From Candidatus Latescibacterota bacterium (GTDB taxonomy: Bacteria > Latescibacterota > UBA2968), in NCBI GenBank assembly GCA_965222605.1, contig OZ244960.1:1376001-1440000 (forward strand): a stretch of 64,000 bases of DNA, written 5' to 3'. Below are positions 1 to 8,803 of this stretch, piece after piece (the first letter of the stretch is position 1; each line of letters starts with the position of its first letter). The position numbers and the translations under genes were made by a program. The notes under the pieces were generated by a model. That model had not been told where the DNA came from, ran no database searches, and was given only the letters and a program-made list of their open reading frames with translations.

Positions 1-1
1 C

Positions 2-379
2 GCGCTCATGTTCGCAGAAGAAGGCGCGACATCGCAACACAAATCCTTCTTTTACTACAAACGCAACAGCATCGAAGCCGTGCGGAGCGGCAAATGGAAA
101 CTCCACATCCGCAAAGACGATCAGGAAATCCAGGAACTTTACGACCTCGAAGCCGACATCGGTGAAACCAATGACATCAGTGATCAACACCCCGACATTG
201 TGCAGAACCTCATGGCGCAAATTGACGCCTGTCGCAAAGACCTCGGAGACGATGCCGCCGGCATAACAGGCGAAAACATCCGCCCTGCCGGCCGCGTTGA
301 AAACCCCGACACCCTCACACATCTCGACCGCGACCATCCCTACATGATCGCTATTTACGACTTGAAAGAGCGGGGTTAA
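2..379 (+). CDS. Sulfatase family protein, C-terminal part (5' end outside window)
   Basis: AVRSGKWKLH...ELYDLEADIGETNDI...HPDIV is the typical sulfatase C-terminal signature; the frame is open from the window edge. Confidence 0.85.
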   Translation, partial: ALMFAEEGATSQHKSFFYYKRNSIEAVRSGKWKLHIRKDDQEIQELYDLEADIGETNDISDQHPDIVQNLMAQIDACRKDLGDDAAGITGENIRPAGRVENPDTLTHLDRDHPYMIAIYDLKERG

Positions 380-380
380 T

Positions 381-552
381 ATGGCTCTTACACCCGAACA
401 GAGTCTTCTGGCACTGCAACATCCTGCACGCAACCTCTCAAAACACCAGCAACAACATCCGCTATGGCCTTTTCGCCCGCCTGCCTCATAAAGACCAGGA
501 GACATTCCGAGATGAAATTCCCGATGACCTCTGGAAACGCTGGCGGATTTAA
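381..552 (+). pseudogene. Internally deleted phytanoyl-CoA dioxygenase (PhyH)-like remnant
   Basis: ATG at 381 gives MALTPEQ, a typical PhyH N-terminus. After one extra base another frame reads VFWHCNILHATSQNTSNNIRYGLFARLPHKDQETFRDEIPDDLWKRWRI* (stop 550-552), with the distal His and the N-x4-R motif of PhyH C-termini. The core is missing. Confidence 0.6.
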
Positions 553-569
553 CAAAAAGGAGATTTGAC

Positions 570-920
570 ATGTCAAAAATCACCATCTACCACAACCCCA
601 ACTGAAGCAAATCCAATGGCGCAATGGACATTTTGCGCGCCGACAACGTCGAGTTCGACGTGATTGAATATTTAAAAACACCATTGAGCGAACAGGACCT
701 GAGAAAATTTCTCGCACTCCTGCCCGGTGAACCCAAAGACCTGATTCACCCCAGTTCTTTTGAAGACTTAGGACGCGACATGGATGACTACAATACGCCC
801 GATGCACTCATCGATTTGCTCCTGGAACACCCCGAAGTCATGAATCGCCCCGTGTGTATTCGCGGGGACCGTGCAGTCATTGCCCGTCCCTCAGAAGCCG
901 TGCATGAACTCCTCACTTAA
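570..920 (+). CDS. arsC: ArsC/Spx-family arsenate reductase-like protein with in-frame TGA at the catalytic position (probable selenoprotein, 116 aa)
   Basis: RBS AAGGAG then ATG570: MSKITIYHNPN-TGA(603-605)-SKSNGAMDIL..., in frame with ORF 624-920. YHNPxCSKS, EYLK, NRP and ARP ArsC motifs are present and the TGA sits at the catalytic Cys position. Confidence 0.85.
607..641 (+). promoter_or_regulatory. Candidate bacterial SECIS element
   Basis: Stem GCGCAA(619-624)/TTGCGC(633-638) with loop TGGACATT starting 19 nt after the TGA and G at loop position 2. An alternative fold GCAAA-TCCA/TGGA-TTTGC (607-636) is also possible. Confidence 0.55.
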
Positions 921-922
921 AA

Positions 923-958
923 AAATAGCCGCCGAGACCTGAACCTCGGCGGCTATTT
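923..958. terminator. Bidirectional intrinsic terminator
   Basis: AAATAGCCGCCGAG-acctgaac-CTCGGCGGCTATTT perfect inverted repeat between convergent arsC and aldolase genes. Confidence 0.85.
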
Positions 959-977
959 CTACTACAGCTTCTTTAGC

Positions 978-1766
978 TCACGCACCCTCCATCGCTTTTC
1001 TCAACTCGTCGCCGCTGTTTCGCCACCACGAATGCAAAATTGAGATATCCACCCCGATATTGAAATGCCGCACACCCATATCGAGATATTCCTTCGCCTC
1101 ATCGGGAGACATAATCTCTGCGCGAGGATGCACACCCATACTCAGCGCAGTCTTAAACACCTCATTCTTCGCATCTGCCACAGCAGGATCACCCCGCTGC
1201 CCCGCCTTGCCAACACTCATCGAATAATCCGAAGGCCCCCATTGCACCATATCCACGCCCGGAACCGATAGAATCGCCTCTATATTTTCCACCGCCTCCT
1301 TCTTTTCAATCATCAAAACGACAACCGTCTCCCGCATGGCTTTGACATAATCAGCCCCCCCGCCATATCCCATATACGTGTTGCGCCGCGTGTACACACT
1401 GTACAAACCGCCATCTTCCGGCGTATCTGGAAGCGTAACGCGCACACACGCTTTGGCGTCTTCTTCTGTGCGACAATCCGTAAACAAAATACTCCCAAAA
1501 CCAGACCCTATCGCCCTTTGCGACAAATAGTGCTGATGGCTACGGTCAATTTTGAACATCATGCCCATATTGTACAACTCGGCTGCACGGCACATATTGT
1601 CCAGATCGTAGAGGTCAAACGTACCGTATTCACCAACGTACTCGACATAGTCGTAAAGTCCCGTATGCCCAATCGCCTCGACGATCGCCGGCCAACTCGA
1701 ATGAATGCGCGTGCCAATAGTGGGTTCGCCCGCATCCAATTTTTCTCTAATTCTATTGGGTTTCAA
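978..1766 (-). CDS. HpcH/HpaI aldolase/citrate lyase family protein
   Basis: NRIREKLDAGEPTIG, LMIEKKEAVENIEAILSVPGVDMVQWGPSDYSMSVG motifs; TTG start with AAGGAG RBS. Confidence 0.85.
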   Translation of the reverse strand: MKPNRIREKLDAGEPTIGTRIHSSWPAIVEAIGHTGLYDYVEYVGEYGTFDLYDLDNMCRAAELYNMGMMFKIDRSHQHYLSQRAIGSGFGSILFTDCRTEEDAKACVRVTLPDTPEDGGLYSVYTRRNTYMGYGGGADYVKAMRETVVVLMIEKKEAVENIEAILSVPGVDMVQWGPSDYSMSVGKAGQRGDPAVADAKNEVFKTALSMGVHPRAEIMSPDEAKEYLDMGVRHFNIGVDISILHSWWRNSGDELRKAMEGA

Positions 1767-1808
1767 AATAAACTCCTTTGTTAGTGGTTAGTTTTCGGTT
1801 ATCCGCTA

Positions 1809-2699
1809 TCACCCAAACAACGACTGAAAAACCCGCTTTGTTTTGTCCAGCACATCTTCGGGTAATACTTCTCCATCTGAAATTTTCACATTCTCCGCAA
1901 GATGATCCATGTTGGTCGATCCCACAATCGCAGTACACACATCTTCGTGAGACAGCGTAAAACGCAACGCAAATTCAATCAGCGGCATATCGCCCGCCAA
2001 TTCCCGCAACGGTATCTGCTGTGCCCGATTCCACGGATCGCCCATATACGAACCGTCTGGACGCTCGGATCTGAGATATACCCCGTTGGCAATCGGACGC
2101 TTGATAATCGTCCCCATATCCCGATCGCGCAAAGTGGGCATCAAATTTTCAGCAGAATCCTGGAACAACACATTGTACGTAAATTCCTGCGTATCCAAAT
2201 CCCACCTCTTCGCCGCCTCAGCCGCTGCCGATCCATCAGCCGATACACCGATAAACTTCGTCCATCCCCTATCCTTTGCCTCCAACAACGCATCAAACGC
2301 CGCGTTCCAATCGTCCGCTTCTCCCGGCAACCCGTGAAACTGCACAATATCGATCACATCCATCTTCAGCTTTGATCGACTCGTATCAATCGTCTTCAAA
2401 ATACCCTCGGGCGAATAATCCTTCACAATCTCGCGCTTACCACCATTGATCACCCGATAATCGCCGCACTTTGTCGCCAGAACAAACTCGTCCTGCCGAT
2501 GGGCGATAAACTTCCCGATCCGCTCTTCGCTATCGCCATACATCGCAGCCGTATCGATAAATGCGATACCCAAATCGAGCACCTTGTTCAGCACCGCTTC
2601 GACCTGCGATTCCCGCAGCGATGGATTTCCGATCTGCGCCGCGCCAAAACCGATTTCCGAGACCTGCAACCCCGTCTTTCCCAGCGTCCGAAATTTCAT
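1809..2699 (-). CDS. Aldo/keto reductase
   Basis: RTLGKTGLQVSEIGFG, IDTAAMYGDSEERIG, LATKCG, IDIVQFH motifs. Confidence 0.9.
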   Translation of the reverse strand: MKFRTLGKTGLQVSEIGFGAAQIGNPSLRESQVEAVLNKVLDLGIAFIDTAAMYGDSEERIGKFIAHRQDEFVLATKCGDYRVINGGKREIVKDYSPEGILKTIDTSRSKLKMDVIDIVQFHGLPGEADDWNAAFDALLEAKDRGWTKFIGVSADGSAAAEAAKRWDLDTQEFTYNVLFQDSAENLMPTLRDRDMGTIIKRPIANGVYLRSERPDGSYMGDPWNRAQQIPLRELAGDMPLIEFALRFTLSHEDVCTAIVGSTNMDHLAENVKISDGEVLPEDVLDKTKRVFQSLFG

Positions 2700-2727
2700 T
2701 TCACTCTGCCCTCACGCATTCCGATAT

Positions 2728-2758
2728 TTGCACAAGTCACCCAAATGTCGTATATAAT
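2728..2758 (+). promoter_or_regulatory. Putative sigma70 promoter of SDR gene
   Basis: TTGCAC (2728) followed by TATATAAT (2751-2758) in a divergent intergenic region. Confidence 0.4.
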
Positions 2759-2835
2759 ACAACCAAAATCCACTAAAACCACCAAAAAATCTCCAGGACA
2801 AACCACGGATATAAACTCGCTTGAGGAGAATTGAT

Positions 2836-3618
2836 ATGGACCTTGGATTGAGAGGAAAAGTTGCGGTTATTACGGGCGGCAGCGAGGGAATCGGCAAGGG
2901 AATCGCATTGCGGTTCTTGGAAGAGGGAGCGAAGGTCGCGATTTGTGCGCGACGCGATGATGTCTTGCAGCAGGCAGCGGAGGAACTTCGTGCGTTGACT
3001 GGTGGTGATATCCTTGCTATCTCTGCTGACGTGACCAAACCGGAAACGCTAACGAACTTCATCGACAGAGCGGTCCAGCATTTCGGACGGATTGACATCC
3101 TGGTCAACAGCGCCGGCCGGTCTGCCACGGGCGCCTTCGATGAGCTGATCGACGATGATTGGTATGCGGATTTAGATCTGAAACTGATGGGGGCTGTGCG
3201 TTGTGCGCGCCTGGTCATTCCTCAGATGAAACTTGTCGGCGGAGGACGGATTATCAACATCACGCATCCGGGGGGCAAACAGCCTGGAGCAGCTTCTTAT
3301 CCAACCTCCGTGAGTCGCGCAGCGGGGATAGCGATGACCAAAGCACTATCTAAGGAACTATTGCCTTACAATATCCTCGTAAACACCGTGTGCTTGACTT
3401 CTATCAAGAGCGCGCAAGGAGAACGCGCCTGGAAAGCGGAAGGTTCTCGTGGCACTTTAGAGGAGTATTGGATTGAGCGGGCTGAAGAGCATCCGTTAGG
3501 ACGTTTAGGTGAACCTTCTGATGCCGGAGCTCTTGTCGTCTTTCTTGCTTCGGAATGCGCTTCTTTCATTACAGGCACGGCGATTAACCTTGATGGCGGA
3601 TTGTCCAACGTAGTATAG
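2836..3618 (+). CDS. SDR family oxidoreductase
   Basis: TGGSEGIG Rossmann motif, DILVNSAG, NLDGG C-terminus; start taken at ATG2836 after GAGGAG. Canonical YxxxK is absent (region reads YPTSVSRAA). Confidence 0.9.
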   Translation: MDLGLRGKVAVITGGSEGIGKGIALRFLEEGAKVAICARRDDVLQQAAEELRALTGGDILAISADVTKPETLTNFIDRAVQHFGRIDILVNSAGRSATGAFDELIDDDWYADLDLKLMGAVRCARLVIPQMKLVGGGRIINITHPGGKQPGAASYPTSVSRAAGIAMTKALSKELLPYNILVNTVCLTSIKSAQGERAWKAEGSRGTLEEYWIERAEEHPLGRLGEPSDAGALVVFLASECASFITGTAINLDGGLSNVV

Positions 3619-3625
3619 ACGCGTG

Positions 3626-4426
3626 TCAATATCCTATGCTTCGCAGATAATCGCGGTTAGACTTTGCCGCTTCTGCCGGGGGTTTGGGAGGATACGGGCG
3701 GTCGAGCTCTACAGACACCCACCCATCGTAGCCCACTTCTTCCAATTTCTCCAACGCCGCCCGCGCGTCAAACCCCATATTCCCCGCACCGAGTTCTGCA
3801 AATCGCGCTTCCTCATTAAACTGCCCCGTGCGGTGATTCCACGTCGCGGGATCATTGGCATGCACATCCTTCAAATGCACATGTCCGATCCGATTCCGCA
3901 ACACATCGCGTTCAAAAACCTGCATCGGATCGCTACCCGCCGCCAGCATATGTCCCGTATCGTAGAGCAACCACAAATCGGGCGCAGCCGTCATCAATCT
4001 TTCGGCATCCTCAACCGTCTCGATCAGCGTCCGCATGTGTGCGTGGTGAAAACCCTTCACATTGTGCGCCTTGCAATATGCCAGCACCTCATCGAGCGAG
4101 CGAGCCGCATTTTCAACATCTTCATCGCTCGGATCATCGCCACCCCACATCGCACGACGACACGACGGCACCTCTGCCGCATCATTGCCCAAAGCGATAT
4201 TGTACCGAACCCGATCGAGCGGAGTCGGTCCCCCCACATTGACCAGATGCAAACCATTCTTCCTCGCCAGATTGGCTTTATAAACCAGATCATCGCCGCT
4301 ATCAATCTTCAACCCCTCAACCCCATCCCACCCGGCCTCGGCCACTTCTGCCAACACCTTCTCGGGATTTTCGTGCTGCTCACCCCGAAACTGAATCAAA
4401 TGACAAGCCACTCTAAATTTGCCCAT
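3626..4426 (-). CDS. Sugar phosphate isomerase/epimerase (IolE-like TIM barrel)
   Basis: GWDGVE, FHHAH, YDTGH, HVHLKD, FAELGAG, GWVSVELD motifs. Confidence 0.85.
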   Translation of the reverse strand: MGKFRVACHLIQFRGEQHENPEKVLAEVAEAGWDGVEGLKIDSGDDLVYKANLARKNGLHLVNVGGPTPLDRVRYNIALGNDAAEVPSCRRAMWGGDDPSDEDVENAARSLDEVLAYCKAHNVKGFHHAHMRTLIETVEDAERLMTAAPDLWLLYDTGHMLAAGSDPMQVFERDVLRNRIGHVHLKDVHANDPATWNHRTGQFNEEARFAELGAGNMGFDARAALEKLEEVGYDGWVSVELDRPYPPKPPAEAAKSNRDYLRSIGY

Positions 4427-4465
4427 ATTTGCGTCCTTTCTGTAAGAGGAAAATCCTTTTCCCGA

Positions 4466-5098
4466 CTAATCTACCGTCCGATGCGCGAAAGCATTCCACA
4501 CACCCGCCAACTCGTGAACGGCCTTAAACATCGGATACAGCGCGTCCCACATCTCATCTCGCGCTTTGAATGCGGCATCTATATCGCCCTCTGCAAATGC
4601 CTTCTTAAAAGCTGCAACCTGCGCGCGCTGCGTCTCTGCTGTCTCCTCTACACACGCAACAAAATCTTCCACAGATTGCAAGTGTTCATCTGCTCTTGCG
4701 TCTGAATCAACGCTCAAATCCAGCTCCTGATCATAAGAAGAAGAGTTCGCAAATCGCGGTGGCTCCTTCTCTCCCCCTGCCGTCCAATAAGTATGCGTAG
4801 GCAAAATATGTGGCGTCACCGACAAATACATAATCACCTCGTCATCGCCCACATTGCGTACCGTATGCGCCTCATCTGTCAGAGCAATACACATCTGTCC
4901 CGGACCCAACACTTCCTTGTGCCCTTCGATATCAAACTCTGCCTGCCCTTGTAAAATCAGAAAGATCTCCTGCCCCAAATCATGCGTATGGCTCTGATTG
5001 AACTGCCCCACCTCCATCTTCAAAAATCGCGAACGAATCTGGGGTGTCACCAGCATATTGGTAATATCTTTGCGATAGTCAAAAACTTGAAATGGCAT
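4466..5098 (-). CDS. Cupin domain protein with helical C-terminal extension
   Basis: HTHDLGQEIF...EAHTVRN cupin metal-binding motifs. Confidence 0.8.
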   Translation of the reverse strand: MPFQVFDYRKDITNMLVTPQIRSRFLKMEVGQFNQSHTHDLGQEIFLILQGQAEFDIEGHKEVLGPGQMCIALTDEAHTVRNVGDDEVIMYLSVTPHILPTHTYWTAGGEKEPPRFANSSSYDQELDLSVDSDARADEHLQSVEDFVACVEETAETQRAQVAAFKKAFAEGDIDAAFKARDEMWDALYPMFKAVHELAGVWNAFAHRTVD

Positions 5099-5119
5099 GA
5101 TACCCTCCTTATATTAAAA

Positions 5120-5262
5120 GTTAGAAGTAAGAAGTTAGAAGTCCACCCAACACCCCCACTGGATCGCGGCTCAACACCATGCCGCGATGACAATTGCCTT
5201 TCACTTCACCGTGAACTGGTCTGGACTGCGACCAGTTGTACACCGCTCCACACTTCACCCTT
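5120..5262. repeat. Mosaic of REP-like palindromes and heptamer repeats
   Basis: TTAGAAG-TAAGAAG-TTAGAAG; CTGGATCGCGGC-N10-GCCGCGATGAC; AACTGGTC-N8-GACCAGTT; 19-mer CAGTTGTACACCGCTCCAC (5233-5251) identical to 38195-38213. Confidence 0.65.
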
Positions 5263-5283
5263 CACCCCAACTGAAAGAAATGC

Positions 5284-7230
5284 ATGAGCTTACCCAATCC
5301 CGCGTCACAGCCTGACCCCGCGTCACACATCACCACCCGCGCCATTATCGTTGGCCTGATCCTGACCATTATTATCTGCTATTTCGCCACCGACACGACC
5401 TATCGCCTTCGCGCATCCCGCGTATCTCTGGGCCACATGCCCATGTCATTGTGGCTGCCTTTTCTCCTCATCTTCCTGATCAATCCCCTGCTCAAAAGAA
5501 TCCGGAAAAACTGGATGCTTCGCCCGCATGAATTGGGCCTCATCCTATGCATGGGATTTATTGGCAGTGTTTTTCCCACCAAAAACGTCGCAGGCCGCCT
5601 GATCGCCGTTCTCGCCAGCCCCTATTACAAAGCCACGCCGGAAAACCGATGGGCGGAATTTACCCACGAACACATCCAACCCTGGGCTGTACCCAGCAAT
5701 CGCGCGGGTGACATCACCTATTTGTGGGAGGGATTGCCAGCGCATCTTTCCACCCCCTATCACGTCTGGGCCGCGCCGCTCTTCTGGTGGTTCACATTTT
5801 TCTTCGCGCTATTTATCGCCTGTTTGTGTATCACCGTCATCTTGCGCAAACAATGGGTCGAACACGAACGCATCACCTTTCCCCTCGCACAATTGCCCAT
5901 ACTGATGATTCAGGATACAGCGTCGGGACAAATCGGATTTTTGAAAAACAAATTGTTCTGGACGGGATTTGGCATCGGCTTATTCATCTTATCCTGGAAT
6001 ATCCTGCCCCTCTTCTGGCACAATCTCCCAATCATTCCCATTGGTCCCACCCATAGCACCACCATCTCATTTGGGCACGACTTTCCCCCACTCCAAATCA
6101 AATTCAACTTTGTCATGACGGCCTTTGGGTATCTCACCAACCTCGAAGTCCTGCTCTCCATCTGGTTATTTCACGTACTCTCGCTTATCGAAATCGGCGC
6201 ATTAAACCGCTTTGGCATCACAGTGGGCAGAGACTTTGGCAGCGGCCTATTGCTACAACAAGTCGGTGGCTTCATCGCGTTTGCCCTGTTTGGCCTCTTC
6301 ATGGCACGGCAACATATTGGAACCGTCATCCGCGCACTCTGGCAACCCGATGCCCAGGACAAAACCGAACTCCTGTCTTACCGCACGGCTGTGATCGGCT
6401 TGATCATCTCGCTCATCTATGCCAGTGCCTGGATGTACGCACTGGGCATTTCCCTGCTGGGCATTGCAATACAACTGAGCCTGCTCTTGATCTACTTCAT
6501 CGGCCTGGCCAAAATCGTCGCGGAAACCGGCCTCGTATATGTCGAAACCCCACTGCGAACCCAGGAACTCGCCGCTGCCGCGCTCGGCACAACCGTGCAA
6601 ACCCCCGACCACGTCGGCATGGCACTATCGGCCAACAGCGTGGAAAGCCACCGCGAATACATCCTCCCATCTCTAACTCACACCGCCAAAATCCACGACG
6701 TATTTCGCTGGCCGCGCAATCGCATGGTCGCGGCCTTAATGCTCGCCTTTATCGTCGGCTTTGCCATCTCAATTATCTATACCCTCAACCTCTGTTACGG
6801 CGCGACCGGTGCCGCCAACATCCGCCACGTCTTTGTATTCGGCGGATACAGCCAGCGCATGTTTGACCGCGTTGTCTCCTGGGCATCAGAGCCGACCTCT
6901 TTTGGTCGCGTTGAATGGCAATTCCTCGCCGCGGGCGCGCTCGGCACCCTGTTTTTGAGCCTCATGCGCCTGCGCTTTGCGTGGTGGCCTCTCCATCCGG
7001 TGGGATTTACAGTGGGATATGTCTATCCCGTCAGAGTCACAGCCTTCACCGTCTTTCTCGTATGGGCATTCAAATCCATCGTACTGCGTATCGGCGGCAT
7101 TCGGCTCTACCGCAATTTGCAACCCTTCTTCATCGGCCTCTTGATCGGCTACACCCTCGGCGTTGGCCTTTCCACACTCGTGGATCACATCTACTTCCCC
7201 GGCAACGGCCACATGGTGCATTCGTGGTAA
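5284..7230 (+). CDS. DUF6785/DUF6784-type polytopic membrane protein (putative transporter), paralogue 1
   Basis: 648 aa, many hydrophobic helices; conserved LRKQWVEHERITFP, AETG, WWPLHPVGF, PFFIGL, PGNGH motifs shared with 13312-15240. Family name is from recall, not a search. Confidence 0.75.
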   Translation: MSLPNPASQPDPASHITTRAIIVGLILTIIICYFATDTTYRLRASRVSLGHMPMSLWLPFLLIFLINPLLKRIRKNWMLRPHELGLILCMGFIGSVFPTKNVAGRLIAVLASPYYKATPENRWAEFTHEHIQPWAVPSNRAGDITYLWEGLPAHLSTPYHVWAAPLFWWFTFFFALFIACLCITVILRKQWVEHERITFPLAQLPILMIQDTASGQIGFLKNKLFWTGFGIGLFILSWNILPLFWHNLPIIPIGPTHSTTISFGHDFPPLQIKFNFVMTAFGYLTNLEVLLSIWLFHVLSLIEIGALNRFGITVGRDFGSGLLLQQVGGFIAFALFGLFMARQHIGTVIRALWQPDAQDKTELLSYRTAVIGLIISLIYASAWMYALGISLLGIAIQLSLLLIYFIGLAKIVAETGLVYVETPLRTQELAAAALGTTVQTPDHVGMALSANSVESHREYILPSLTHTAKIHDVFRWPRNRMVAALMLAFIVGFAISIIYTLNLCYGATGAANIRHVFVFGGYSQRMFDRVVSWASEPTSFGRVEWQFLAAGALGTLFLSLMRLRFAWWPLHPVGFTVGYVYPVRVTAFTVFLVWAFKSIVLRIGGIRLYRNLQPFFIGLLIGYTLGVGLSTLVDHIYFPGNGHMVHSW

Positions 7231-7245
7231 GTTATATAAACGCCA

Positions 7246-7279
7246 AAAAGGGTCGCCATCGCGCGATGACAACCCTTTT
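7246..7279. terminator. Bidirectional intrinsic terminator
   Basis: AAAAGGGTCGCCATCG-CG-CGATGACAACCCTTTT between convergent genes. Confidence 0.7.
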
Positions 7280-7283
7280 CAAT

Positions 7284-8789
7284 TCAGGCTGGTTCTCGAA
7301 GTGCCAGTTCCCTGATAGTATTTACATACGGATGCCCCGTCTCCTCCAACCAACTCAGAATGCGGTCTCGCATTGATGCGGCACGCGCGCGATCTCGATA
7401 CGCCAGATTGTGTTCCTCATGGGGATCATCCGCCAAATTGTAAAGCTCGTCCAAATCGCGCTCGCCATCTGAAGGCTTCCAATTCAGCACAAATTTCCAC
7501 GCTCCCTGCCTGAGCATCACGCCTCGATTCATCAAATCCGTAAAAATCTCCTCACGCACGACATCGCGCTCCCCCCTCAAAATACCGCCCATACTCTCGC
7601 CATCTACCCTCTCGGGAATATCCACACCCGCCAGATCCAGCAGCGTGGGCATCACATCCACACTGCTATTCAAAGAAGTGTTCACAGACCCCGCTTCAAT
7701 TCGCCCGGGCCACCGCACCAAACACGGCACCTTCATCAACGTATCATAGCCACAATACGTCAACTTATACACCATGCCAAACTGCCCCACCATATCGCCG
7801 TGATCCGACACAAACATCACAATCGTATTCTCCGCCTGCCCATTGGCATCCAGCGCGTTGAGCACCCTCTCGATTTGTGCATCGATATAACTCACATATC
7901 CCCAATAACGCCGAATATAGTCCCGAACCTCATCTCTTGACCAGATATCGCGCACATAAGTGCGATCATGACCCGATTGAAAACGCGGCTTGTCCTCCAA
8001 TGGCGCGTCGTAATTATCGGGCAAGGCTACATCGTCCAAATCGTACATCGAATCCCACGGTTCGGGCGGACAGACAGGCAAATGCGGTCCGTAAAAAGAC
8101 AACACCGCACAGAATGGATTGTCCCGATTTGCATTGAGAAACGACACCATCTCATCGGCAAAAAAGTGCGCCATGTGGTGATCCTCCCCCAACAAACTCA
8201 CGCTGTGCTCCCGGTCTGGGGCACTCGGCGCTGCCTGATGATTGCCCACGCGGGGCAAATTTTTAACCTCATCGGGCAAATCGGTCGTCTGCAAATACGC
8301 TTTGAAATGATTCCATCCCCCAACCCAGTGATCAAATCCACTGCGGGGGACATCTTCGCCCGTGCCGCCCTCCACTTGCACAAATTCAAAATCGCGTGTG
8401 CTATCTACCCGCTTCTTTACCCAGCAATTGTCAAACGGACCGCGTCCCGCAATCCCGCGATACATCTGCCCTCCCAAATGCCACTTGCCAATCCACGCGG
8501 TTTGATAACCCGCATCGCGAAATGTATTGCCTATTGACGGCAACGCATCATCCAATTCCACATCGTTGACCATCACCCCGTGGTTGTGCGTATAGCGACC
8601 GGTCAAATACGTCGCTCGAGACGGCGTACACGCAAACGCCGCAATATAAAAATTGTCAAAACGCATGCCCTCGCGTGCCAGGCGGTCTTGCGCGGGTGTT
8701 TTTACAACCGAATTGCCATAACAACCGATAGTCGATACCGGTTGCTGATCCGTCATAATCAAAAGCACATTTGGACGATCACTGGACAT
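7284..8789 (-). CDS. Sulfatase (Cys-type, formylglycine-dependent), no signal peptide
   Basis: RPNVLLIMTDQ, CTPSRATYLTG, GKWHLG, SDHGD motifs; start ATG8789 after AAGGAG. Confidence 0.93.
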   Translation of the reverse strand: MSSDRPNVLLIMTDQQPVSTIGCYGNSVVKTPAQDRLAREGMRFDNFYIAAFACTPSRATYLTGRYTHNHGVMVNDVELDDALPSIGNTFRDAGYQTAWIGKWHLGGQMYRGIAGRGPFDNCWVKKRVDSTRDFEFVQVEGGTGEDVPRSGFDHWVGGWNHFKAYLQTTDLPDEVKNLPRVGNHQAAPSAPDREHSVSLLGEDHHMAHFFADEMVSFLNANRDNPFCAVLSFYGPHLPVCPPEPWDSMYDLDDVALPDNYDAPLEDKPRFQSGHDRTYVRDIWSRDEVRDYIRRYWGYVSYIDAQIERVLNALDANGQAENTIVMFVSDHGDMVGQFGMVYKLTYCGYDTLMKVPCLVRWPGRIEAGSVNTSLNSSVDVMPTLLDLAGVDIPERVDGESMGGILRGERDVVREEIFTDLMNRGVMLRQGAWKFVLNWKPSDGERDLDELYNLADDPHEEHNLAYRDRARAASMRDRILSWLEETGHPYVNTIRELALREPA

Positions 8790-8803
8790 AGGAAATACTC
8801 CTT

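Noticed and set aside
3623-4705. Long antisense ORFs (3623-4705, 11743-12825, 54688-55662, 62353-63021 and others)
   Set aside because: Shadow frames opposite well-supported genes, with no recognisable motifs.
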